Below are positions 15,640-22,504 of a DNA stretch of 24,000 nt, one piece after another. Under the pieces are notes generated by a model that ran no database searches, had not been told where the DNA came from, and saw only the letters and a program-made list of their open reading frames with translations. Both the position numbers and the translations under genes were made by a program. Numbering within the stretch: the first letter of the stretch is position 1; each line of letters begins with the position of its first letter. Location of the stretch: sequence record NC_016435.1. One strand, given 5' to 3'. The DNA comes from Gordonia phage GRU1.

Positions 15640-15909
15640 ATGGAAGACAACGCAACTCCGGCGGCCACCCGGCGGCCGATGGCACGGCACCGGCGGGCCA
15701 CACACGCCTACCGGGACACGCTCATCGGCCCGCGTCAGTTGCCGATCACCCGCGGCTACACCGGCCGGTACCGCTGGAGCGTTCGCACCGACGGCGACGC
15801 CGTACTCGTGTCGGCTCACGTCGCCGGTACTGACCGGCGGGTGCCGGTGGCCGATCTGCCCAACTATGTCGCGGCGGCCATCCTGGAGGCCATCGCAACC
15901 GACATCTGA
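15640..15909 (+). CDS. Hypothetical protein
   Basis: CGAAAGG RBS. Confidence 0.75.
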   Translation: MEDNATPAATRRPMARHRRATHAYRDTLIGPRQLPITRGYTGRYRWSVRTDGDAVLVSAHVAGTDRRVPVADLPNYVAAAILEAIATDI

Positions 15910-15927
15910 CGACACCCGTTGTCAGAT
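15904..15927 (+). other. Hairpin ATCTGACGAC-ACCC-GTTGTCAGAT
   Basis: 10-bp stem with one G-U pair, spanning the stop region of the previous gene. Confidence 0.45.
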
Positions 15928-15954
15928 CGACACTCCCCGAAAGGATTTCGCACC

Positions 15955-16215
15955 ATGAACACGAAAGTAACCGGGCTGACGCTGGCCAACACGAGAGCGC
16001 TGGACGACGCCGTACACTACGGCCACCTGTCCGGCGTCCAGATCACTCGCACGACGGCGACGTTCACCGGGACACCGGCCGAAGCGCTGAAACGCCTGGA
16101 CGCCGCGCGCAACGCACTAGCGGCCACGTTCGGCACGCGCGGCCATCCGGTGGCGTCCATTCCGGCCGTCCGGCGAAAGCTCGTCGCGGCGCGTGATCTG
16201 GAGGGCCAGCGATGA
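15955..16215 (+). CDS. Small hypothetical protein
   Basis: CGAAAGG RBS. 4-bp overlap with the next gene. Confidence 0.75.
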   Translation: MNTKVTGLTLANTRALDDAVHYGHLSGVQITRTTATFTGTPAEALKRLDAARNALAATFGTRGHPVASIPAVRRKLVAARDLEGQR

Positions 16216-16487
16216 GCCACACCGACGACGCCGGGACGTTCCGGTTTCGGTGCCAGTCATGCGGTGATCGCACCGTGACCGATGCGCTGGCCGCCCGGTG
16301 TGACCGGTGCGTGTCGACGGCGGCCGAAGCGCTCACACGGCCACTACCGGACACCGGGCTGTACCGGGCCATGGATAGCGGCCACCGCAACCGGCACGGC
16401 CACGGCCTACTGGCACACCTGGAGTCGACAGACGGCGGCCTGCTCTGGTCTGTCGTGACCGACTGTTGTCGCCGGACCGCTGACTGA
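16212..16487 (+). CDS. Small putative zinc-ribbon protein (CQSCGD...CDRC)
   Basis: Two CxxC pairs. ATGA overlap. Confidence 0.75.
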   Translation: MSHTDDAGTFRFRCQSCGDRTVTDALAARCDRCVSTAAEALTRPLPDTGLYRAMDSGHRNRHGHGLLAHLESTDGGLLWSVVTDCCRRTAD

Positions 16488-16498
16488 CCGTCTGCCAC

Positions 16499-16538
16499 GA
16501 GATCCCCGGGACACCCTCACACGGTGCCCGGGGATCTC
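16499..16538 (+). terminator. Strong hairpin terminator at the end of the ORFan cluster
   Basis: GAGATCCCCGGG/CCCGGGGATCTC 12-bp stem plus CACC/GGTG with one bulged A and a 7-nt loop. Confidence 0.75.
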
Positions 16539-16628
16539 TGTTGTGTGCTGTGTGGCCATCTGGTGGCGCGTGGCGCGTGTCCTCGTCGGCGGGTAGGGGT
16601 GTCCAGGGATAGGGGTCTCTCAGGACAC

Positions 16629-16644
16629 TCGAATATGCGTTCGA
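16629..16644. promoter_or_regulatory. LexA/SOS-box-like TCGAATATGCGTTCGA
   Basis: One mismatch to TCGAAC-N4-GTTCGA. Confidence 0.5.
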
Positions 16645-16651
16645 TGAAATT

Positions 16652-16665
16652 TTGAAACGTTTCAA
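16652..16665. repeat. Palindrome TTGAAACGTTTCAA (copy 1)
   Basis: Perfect 14-bp palindrome; copy 2 at 16872-16885. Confidence 0.7.
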
Positions 16666-16871
16666 TTTTCTGCCATAGGGAAGGCCCTAGGGGATATGTA
16701 TATGAATGGAAAAATTTATTTGTGTGGATTTATTTATTTGTGCAGATGTGCATATGTGGGGATATATCTAGGGTATGGGGTAGGGGTCCCATATAGGGGT
16801 ATATATGCATATCACATTAATATATACATATCTATTAATATATTCATAATAAATGTTGAAAGAATAAATTA

Positions 16872-16885
16872 TTGAAACGTTTCAA
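16872..16885. repeat. Palindrome TTGAAACGTTTCAA (copy 2; 16 bp with flanks ATTGAAACGTTTCAAT)
   Basis: Exact repeat of 16652-16665. Confidence 0.7.
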
Positions 16886-17250
16886 TTGACGCCAATAGAT
16901 ACATGCATATGCATTTGATTGATGGATGGTTTCTCATTCATTCATTCATCAATCGATGAGGGGTAGGGGTAGGTGCAGCGCTGGAATGCGTTGCGACGGT
17001 GATGCATAGGGGTATGGCATGGCATCGATGTGTGATTGCTGGAGATCGGCGGTGCGTGGCGTGTGCGACGAGATCCATTGTGCGGCTGGAGGTGTGACGA
17101 GTGTGTGACTGGAGTGACATGGACGTATCGGCGGCTGTAATGGACGCTGACGCCGTGGTGTGTGCTCGTGGTGTGTTGGTGTGCCTGGAGGCGTGGCGGC
17201 GCGTGTGCGTGGCCCTGAGCTGGCAGTATGGCGTGGCGTCGACGACTGAC

Positions 17251-17278
17251 GGCCCGGGGGTCCACCCCTCCCCGGGCC
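17251..17278. terminator. Hairpin GGCCCGGGG...CCCCGGGCC
   Basis: 9-bp perfect GC stem in the non-coding region upstream of the terminase-like gene. Confidence 0.5.
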
Positions 17279-17330
17279 TTGCGACCGGGGCACGCCGCGT
17301 ACTGTCCTCGAAAATGCGTACGGGTCCCCG

Positions 17331-17346
17331 TCGAAAACCCGTTCGA
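17331..17346. promoter_or_regulatory. LexA/SOS-box-like TCGAAAACCCGTTCGA upstream of the terminase-like gene
   Basis: One mismatch to TCGAAC-N4-GTTCGA. Candidate -10 TAGACT at 17374-17379. Confidence 0.45.
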
Positions 17347-17423
17347 TCGGCATTTCGATCGGGGTTCACCCCCTAGACTGGTCATGCGTTTCCTGGCCCC
17401 CAGATGCACGAGGAGAGCCCTAC

Positions 17424-17987
17424 ATGCCCGGACCCACAGCCAAGCCTGTCGGCACCACAGCCCGCAGGAACAAGACCTCGACCAAGGCCGTCCTGAGCAC
17501 GGTCGTCGACCACGACATTCCGACGCTTCCACCCGCGGAGGAGTGGCTCCAGACCATCGAGGAGTTCACCGTGGCCGCCATGGCCGACGCTCCACCGCCA
17601 GAGCATCGTGACTGGCCAGAGCCGGTCAAGCGCTGGTGGAACGACATCTGGTCATCCCCGATGAGCAACGAGTTCGTCCACTCCGACATCCACGGTCTCT
17701 ACCTGGCCTGCTTCTACATGGCTCAGGTGCTCAACCCGGCGCTGAAGATGAGCGATCGGATCTCGGCGTCGAAGGCCTACGAGACTCAGGTCCGCAACTT
17801 CGGCCTGAACCCGATGAGCCGCCGGACCCTCCAGTGGGAGATCGAGCGGACCGAGGAAGCACTGGCCAAGGGAGAGGCCCGCAGACGCCGTGCTGCCACC
17901 GATCCGACCGCGGCCGAGCCCGCGAGACCAGATCCCCGCCGTCGCGACGAGAGCGGGATGCAGAACCCCTTCACGGTCGTCAAGTAG
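17424..17987 (+). CDS. Phage terminase small subunit-like protein
   Basis: RRNKTSTKAVLS, WWNDIWSSPMSNEFVHSDIHGLYLA, NFGLNPMSRRTLQWEIERTEE: pattern typical of actinobacterial phage small terminases. AGGAGAG RBS. Confidence 0.8.
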   Translation: MPGPTAKPVGTTARRNKTSTKAVLSTVVDHDIPTLPPAEEWLQTIEEFTVAAMADAPPPEHRDWPEPVKRWWNDIWSSPMSNEFVHSDIHGLYLACFYMAQVLNPALKMSDRISASKAYETQVRNFGLNPMSRRTLQWEIERTEEALAKGEARRRRAATDPTAAEPARPDPRRRDESGMQNPFTVVK

Positions 17988-18022
17988 GCTCGACCCCGGA
18001 CGACATCGCCAGCGTCCCGCAG

Positions 18023-18054
18023 GACCCCTTCGACACTCCCCCGTCGGAGGGGTC
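18023..18054 (+). terminator. Hairpin GACCCCT...AGGGGTC downstream of the terminase-like gene
   Basis: 7-bp stem followed by TTGTCG; 35 bp 3' of the stop codon. Confidence 0.5.
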
Positions 18055-18189
18055 TTGTCGTATCCGGACAACACCGCACACCCCCGGCTTTTGTCACTTT
18101 CCTACAAAAATCGGGTCCCGGAGCTGTCCGCGGATGTAGTATTTTTGTCGAAACCGCTCAGAAACACGCTCTGATTAGGGATTTTCACG

Positions 18190-18227
18190 AAATGTAGTAC
18201 CCCTCTGTGAATTACCATACTACATTT
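18190..18227. repeat. Inverted repeat AAATGTAGTA-N18-TACTACATTT
   Basis: Read directly. Related ATGTAGTA at 18134 and CATACTACA at 18447. Confidence 0.6.
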
Positions 18228-18407
18228 TTACTTACATCGATTTCGGCCTGACCAGCGGGTTTCACTACCCCGAGTACGTTGAGTCGATTCAGACTACGGG
18301 TCACGCCGTAGGAGGAGGGGTGGAAATGCACCCCCTCTGTACATGAACTCTGACATCAGTGGCCCACCGACAGGCCGACATGTAAGAATTGACCGGCAAA
18401 TCTAGCT

Positions 18408-18436
18408 TTGACACTAGGCTGACCCAAACTATTATT
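18408..18436 (+). promoter_or_regulatory. Candidate promoter TTGACA-N16/17-TATTAT
   Basis: TTGACACTAGGCTGACCCAAACTATTATT. Confidence 0.55.
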
Positions 18437-18504
18437 TCTACTCAGCATACTACAAGAGTGAAAAGAGCTGGTCAGGGATCTGCTAGAATGACTTTTACCC
18501 GTTT

Positions 18505-18534
18505 TCAAACGTACTCAAACGTACTCAAACGTAC
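18505..18534 (+). repeat. Three exact tandem copies of TCAAACGTAC (10-bp unit)
   Basis: TCAAACGTACTCAAACGTACTCAAACGTAC. Confidence 0.9.
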
Positions 18535-18557
18535 TACACCCAGACTCCTTGCCAGGG

Positions 18558-18586
18558 TTGACAATCAATCCTGACGTGGGTATGCT
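18558..18586 (+). promoter_or_regulatory. Candidate strong promoter TTGACA-N17-TATGCT
   Basis: Near-consensus -35/-10 with 17-bp spacer, 55 bp before the 18641 gene. Confidence 0.7.
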
Positions 18587-18640
18587 CGATGTCAGACCTG
18601 GTCGACAGACCCCCGTTTCCTTTGTAGGGAGCCCACAAAA

Positions 18641-19051
18641 GTGATCGAGCCCGTCCGGCACTACACGACCGCGAGACCTCGCCGCCGACCCGGCGCCCGG
18701 ATCGTCTGCGACACCCCGTCGTGCCCCCGCAAGACCTACCTCCAGCCCGAGACCGAGGAACAGTCCAAGGAGCTGTCTCCGGGCTCCCCGCCGGGGCCGT
18801 GGGTGACCCAACGACTCCTCGCTCGGAAATGGTCGGTGGCGAACACGGTCGGCACGTATTGCCCCGAACACACCGTCGTTGTTCCCGACGCCGAAGAACG
18901 GGTCACCATGGGCCGTTCCGAGGCCGCCAGAGCGCGCCACGCCGAGCACCGCCGCAATATCCAGGAACAGATCGCGAAGGCCGACCGAAAACGCGAACAG
19001 AGCCGCCAGAGAAGCAATCGCTACAACGCCAAGAAACGAGGCAACAAATGA
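18641..19051 (+). CDS. Hypothetical protein (Cys pairs VCDTPSCPRK and TYCPEH, basic C-terminus)
   Basis: GTG start after GTAGGGAG. 4-bp overlap with the next gene. Confidence 0.8.
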   Translation: MIEPVRHYTTARPRRRPGARIVCDTPSCPRKTYLQPETEEQSKELSPGSPPGPWVTQRLLARKWSVANTVGTYCPEHTVVVPDAEERVTMGRSEAARARHAEHRRNIQEQIAKADRKREQSRQRSNRYNAKKRGNK

Positions 19052-20553
19052 CCGACGAACGTATAATCCCCGAGGAAAAGTCGCGCCGAGCGACGACGCT
19101 GAATCTGATCACTGCGACGCTCGCCAGTGCGGCCGTTCAGTCCGAGAATGCCTCCCGCGAGAGGGGCTGGGAGCGATTCGCTCAGATGGTGCTCGACAAC
19201 CCGAAGCTGATCATCTTCAGCGACAACTGGCTGACCGACGAAGAGGTCGCCGCGATCTACGCCGCCAGCCGGGACCCGAAGCTGCGCGTCGACGTCCGAC
19301 CGTGGGACGCCGACCAGGGGCTCGTGAAGACCGCGCAGGACACGGAGCGGCTCCAGAAGTGGATGGAGGCTCACCTGCCCGGCGACCAGGCCAAGCGCAC
19401 CCCGTCGACGGCCGACAGCGCGATCATGGCCATGGACGAGATGTTCCGAGAGGTCGCCGCCGCCAAGAGCGCGAAACAGGGGATTGATCGGCTCTCGATC
19501 TGGATCGCTCATCACGTCCCGGCCGGAGAGCAGGCGTGGACCGGCAACCCGGTCGACACCACGATCGGCCTGCTGGAGAGGTGGAAAATGCTCGACGAGG
19601 AGAACCGGTCGCTGTCGATCCGCGTCGACGATGCGGAGGCGCAGGCCGCGGCCGCCGACCAACAGATGCGCGCCGCGTCCGAGCGACTCGACCGTCTCCA
19701 GCGGTGGCTGATGCTGGAGTTCGGCGACGTTCTCGGGGCCGACGAGGGACCGGTGGACAACGCGATCTACATCATCGAGGAGCTGCGCGAGAAGTACCGC
19801 AACGCCGACGAGGCAAAGACCAACGCCGACGAGGCAAAGACCGAGATCTCGGTCGAGCGCAACCGATTCCGGGAGCAGTTGGAGGAGCTGGAGAAGCTGC
19901 GATCCGAGGTCCGGCAGCGCGCCGCCGAGGCCAAGATCCCGCCGCAGAGCATCGAGGACGCGAAGCGCGAGGCGATCCGCAAGCTCGCCGACGGCGTGCC
20001 GGTCGAGGAGGCTTTCGGCAAGGAGAAGCTCGGCCGGAACAACCGGTTCGCCGGGGTCCGGTCCGTCTCAACCCTCCTCGGTGAGCTGGCGGGTGCGGCC
20101 AGCATGTGCTGGGAGAACGTCATCGCGGCCGGGGAGTTTGACTCGACCAAGGCCAAGGAGATCGTTGAGGAGGCCCTGGAGCAGCTCGCGGAGATCCATT
20201 CCGAGATCACCGCTGCCGAGGACATCGACGACGACCAGGTCGCCGAGGCCGCAGCTCTCTACAACGCGATCTGGGACCCGCGGCTGTGGCGCTCGCGGAA
20301 GCCGAAGACGGTCGGCACGATGCTCGATCCGATCAACGACCTGACGCACTCGGCGCAGGCCTTCATCGGTGGGTACGGCACCGACGCGGGGAAGCTGTTC
20401 ATGTTCACCGACCCCCAGGAGACGACGAACGAGCTGTTGAGGACGGTCGCCGATCGCATGGGGGAGCTGGTCTCGACGGTGAAGTCGATCGCCGGTGGGT
20501 CGTCGGTGACGGTGGACACGACGTTCGACAACGGGCCGAAGGAGCCGACGTGA
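19048..20553 (+). CDS. 501-aa coiled-coil protein of unknown function
   Basis: Heptad-rich central region. ATGA overlap with the upstream gene. Confidence 0.85.
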   Translation: MTDERIIPEEKSRRATTLNLITATLASAAVQSENASRERGWERFAQMVLDNPKLIIFSDNWLTDEEVAAIYAASRDPKLRVDVRPWDADQGLVKTAQDTERLQKWMEAHLPGDQAKRTPSTADSAIMAMDEMFREVAAAKSAKQGIDRLSIWIAHHVPAGEQAWTGNPVDTTIGLLERWKMLDEENRSLSIRVDDAEAQAAAADQQMRAASERLDRLQRWLMLEFGDVLGADEGPVDNAIYIIEELREKYRNADEAKTNADEAKTEISVERNRFREQLEELEKLRSEVRQRAAEAKIPPQSIEDAKREAIRKLADGVPVEEAFGKEKLGRNNRFAGVRSVSTLLGELAGAASMCWENVIAAGEFDSTKAKEIVEEALEQLAEIHSEITAAEDIDDDQVAEAAALYNAIWDPRLWRSRKPKTVGTMLDPINDLTHSAQAFIGGYGTDAGKLFMFTDPQETTNELLRTVADRMGELVSTVKSIAGGSSVTVDTTFDNGPKEPT

Positions 20554-20813
20554 GCCAGGTCAAGTTCGAGACGGAGTACCAGAAGGCCCGGATGTGCGGC
20601 TTCAACGTGCGGGTCGGCGCCGAAGTCGCGAACAGCGCTCTTATCGGAGGGCCGGAGATCGGCGTGGTGACCATGACGGCGCCATTGACCGCTCGGGGGT
20701 ACCTGCGCTTTTACCTGCTGTTGTGCGGGTGGATCTGCGACGAGTGCGGGTCGCGCGTGACGGTGGCGAAGTTCCACGAGCACGCCAGCGGGCGAAAGGC
20801 GTGCGGGGGATGA
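20550..20813 (+). CDS. Small hypothetical protein (WICDECGSRVTVAKFHEH)
   Basis: GTG at 20550. 4-bp overlaps on both sides. Zinc-finger-like CDEC...H...H. Confidence 0.75.
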   Translation: MSQVKFETEYQKARMCGFNVRVGAEVANSALIGGPEIGVVTMTAPLTARGYLRFYLLLCGWICDECGSRVTVAKFHEHASGRKACGG

Positions 20814-21094
20814 GCTACAAGACCAAGGTCACGTTCTACTGCGACGCCGTCGACTGCCAGGTGAACCAGACCTTCGTGCTCGTCGGCGTCGGCTACGGCG
20901 GGGCCTGGCGGGCTCAGAAGGGCAACGGGGTCGTCGAGCCGGTCACGAAGATCCTGACCAAGGACATGGGCTGGACGATGGGTCTCGGCCGGTCGGGGGA
21001 CCAGATCTCTCGTCGGCCGGACTCGATCGCCACGTTCTGTCCGCGCCACGGCGGTCGGGAGTCGGTCTCGACATCCGGGTTGACACCAATCTGA
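20810..21094 (+). CDS. Hypothetical protein (MSYKTKVTFYCDAVDCQVNQ...FCPRHGG)
   Basis: ATG overlaps the previous stop by 4 bp, preceded by GGGGG. Confidence 0.75.
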   Translation: MSYKTKVTFYCDAVDCQVNQTFVLVGVGYGGAWRAQKGNGVVEPVTKILTKDMGWTMGLGRSGDQISRRPDSIATFCPRHGGRESVSTSGLTPI

Positions 21095-21108
21095 ACGTCG
21101 CGTACCGT
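21080..21108 (+). promoter_or_regulatory. Candidate promoter TTGACA-N17-TACCGT inside the end of the previous CDS
   Basis: Places the predicted start of transcription at or near the ATG at 21116. Confidence 0.55.
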
Positions 21109-21115
21109 AGGTGAC

Positions 21116-21337
21116 ATGAAGGAAGACGTGAGAGACCTGGTCGGATCGACAGCCTCGGTCGGGATGTCGCTGCTGATCACCTTCAGCGTCCTTCGCCTCA
21201 CCGACGTCATCGACTGGTCCTGGGGATGGGTACTCGCCCCTCTCTGGGCACCGGCCGTTGTCTTCGGTGGGGCGATGGGCCTGAGCCTCCTCGCGGTGCG
21301 GATCCGCACCGCGCTCACCAGGAAAGGACGACGATGA
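21116..21337 (+). CDS. Small membrane protein (two predicted TM segments)
   Basis: Hydrophobic stretches VGMSLLITFSVLRL and WVLAPLWAPAVVFGGAMGLSLLAV. Confidence 0.75.
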   Translation: MKEDVRDLVGSTASVGMSLLITFSVLRLTDVIDWSWGWVLAPLWAPAVVFGGAMGLSLLAVRIRTALTRKGRR

Positions 21338-21978
21338 TCGACGAGAACGTATCGGAGCCGGATGAGCCCGGCACTGCGATGCACGAGCTGCTGGAGAAGT
21401 ACCTCGGCTTCCCGCCGATGAAGAGTGTCCAGGTCAGCCTGCCGCGGCAGCACAGCAAGAACCTCCTGGTCAAGGCGCTGGAGGCCGGAGTTCCGACGGA
21501 GCCGACCGAGTTTCCGGAGGGGATGAAGGCGCTCGGATTCACCGACATGCCGAGCCTGCCTGAGCTTCGGCGGAAGGTCCAGGAGGCCGCGGACGCCGAG
21601 GCCCTGCGTCAGATCCGCAACCTGACCCATGAGCGGATGGCTGCCGACCGGATGGACGCCTTCCCCGAGCGGATCCAGATGACGGTGCGAGGGTTCCCGA
21701 AGACCGAAGATGCCGCGCATCAGCATTTCCAGGACGCGATGGCGAAGTTCGCTCGCGAGGTACTGCCGCCGTTCCGCGACTCGATCCAAGGCCTGTTCCA
21801 GACCGTCGAGACCACGTGGCGGTCGATGACTCCAGCGATGGAGATGATCGCGAAGATCGAGCGCGAGATGGACGGGAAGCCGGTCCATCCCAAGGACATT
21901 CGCGACGAGCGTGGGGTCAAGCAGCCCTCGCCGGTGCCGCCGTTCTGGGCCGCGCGACCGAACGGACGACGCCGATGA
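21334..21978 (+). CDS. Hypothetical protein
   Basis: GGAAAGG RBS. ATGA overlap. Confidence 0.8.
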   Translation: MIDENVSEPDEPGTAMHELLEKYLGFPPMKSVQVSLPRQHSKNLLVKALEAGVPTEPTEFPEGMKALGFTDMPSLPELRRKVQEAADAEALRQIRNLTHERMAADRMDAFPERIQMTVRGFPKTEDAAHQHFQDAMAKFAREVLPPFRDSIQGLFQTVETTWRSMTPAMEMIAKIEREMDGKPVHPKDIRDERGVKQPSPVPPFWAARPNGRRR

Positions 21979-22253
21979 CAAATGAACCGACGTGCGAGAA
22001 GAAGAACTGGCGCACCGGAAGCCAGTGTGTGCTGCCCGAGGGGCACACCACCTGGCACACCAACGGGACGAACCAGAGCTGGTCCCGGCACGATCGGCTA
22101 CGCGCCGAGGACTATCCCGATCCCGAGGCCGTCGAGGCGCTCATGGAACTCGTGGCCGAGTTCGGCGCCACCGACAACATGGGGCCGAGCGATTGGGACG
22201 GCCAAGATCTACTTGGCGAGTTCCTGGAGAAGTACGAGGTCAGAAGCCGATGA
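21975..22253 (+). CDS. Hypothetical protein (CVLPEGHTTWHTNG)
   Basis: ATGA overlap. C...H..H motif common in actinophage hypotheticals. Confidence 0.75.
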   Translation: MTNEPTCEKKNWRTGSQCVLPEGHTTWHTNGTNQSWSRHDRLRAEDYPDPEAVEALMELVAEFGATDNMGPSDWDGQDLLGEFLEKYEVRSR

Positions 22254-22504
22254 TGCATGACCCGCTGCCGGGCTCGCGCAAGGCGATGAAGGATCGCGGC
22301 GCGAGCCTGGGCAACCGAGAGACCCGCAAGTTCATGCGCAGGCTCATCGCGGCCGGTGGCGAGATCCGGGCCTCGTCCGGCAAAGGCCACCCGCGACTGT
22401 TCTACCGAGGCGCCTTCGTCGCCTCGATCTCCCTGTCCCCCTCGGACTCTCGTGCCGAGAAGAACGTGCTCGCCAAGGCTAGGCGCGCAGGAATGAGTAT
22501 CTGA
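22250..22504 (+). CDS. HicA-like fold protein (orphan)
   Basis: RKFMRRLIAAGGEIRASSGKGHPRLFYRGAFVASISLSPSDSRAEKNVLAKARRAG resembles HicA. Confidence 0.7.
   Translation: MMHDPLPGSRKAMKDRGASLGNRETRKFMRRLIAAGGEIRASSGKGHPRLFYRGAFVASISLSPSDSRAEKNVLAKARRAGMSI

Larger units (their letters stand above)
16591..16973 (+). repeat. AT-rich non-coding region bracketed by three exact GGGTAGGGGT repeats
   Basis: Copies at 16591, 16778 and 16961. Long A/T tracts between, in otherwise high-GC DNA. Confidence 0.7.

Noticed and set aside
16938-17369. Minus-strand ORFs of 134-196 aa (16938-17532)
   Set aside because: His/Thr/Ser-rich translation of biased non-coding DNA; no motif.
18389-18574. 61-aa plus-strand ORF
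   Set aside because: Overlaps candidate promoters and the TCAAACGTAC repeats; no convincing RBS or protein-like composition.
16490-18640. tRNA genes or integrase attachment site in the non-coding regions
   Set aside because: I found no T-loop plus acceptor-stem pattern supporting a tRNA and no integrase gene in the window, so no att call is made.
18721-19047. Upstream part of the 610-aa frame starting at 18721
   Set aside because: Frame overlaps the coherent 18641-19051 gene. The ATG at 19048 with ATGA coupling is the better start, so only 19048-20553 is called.
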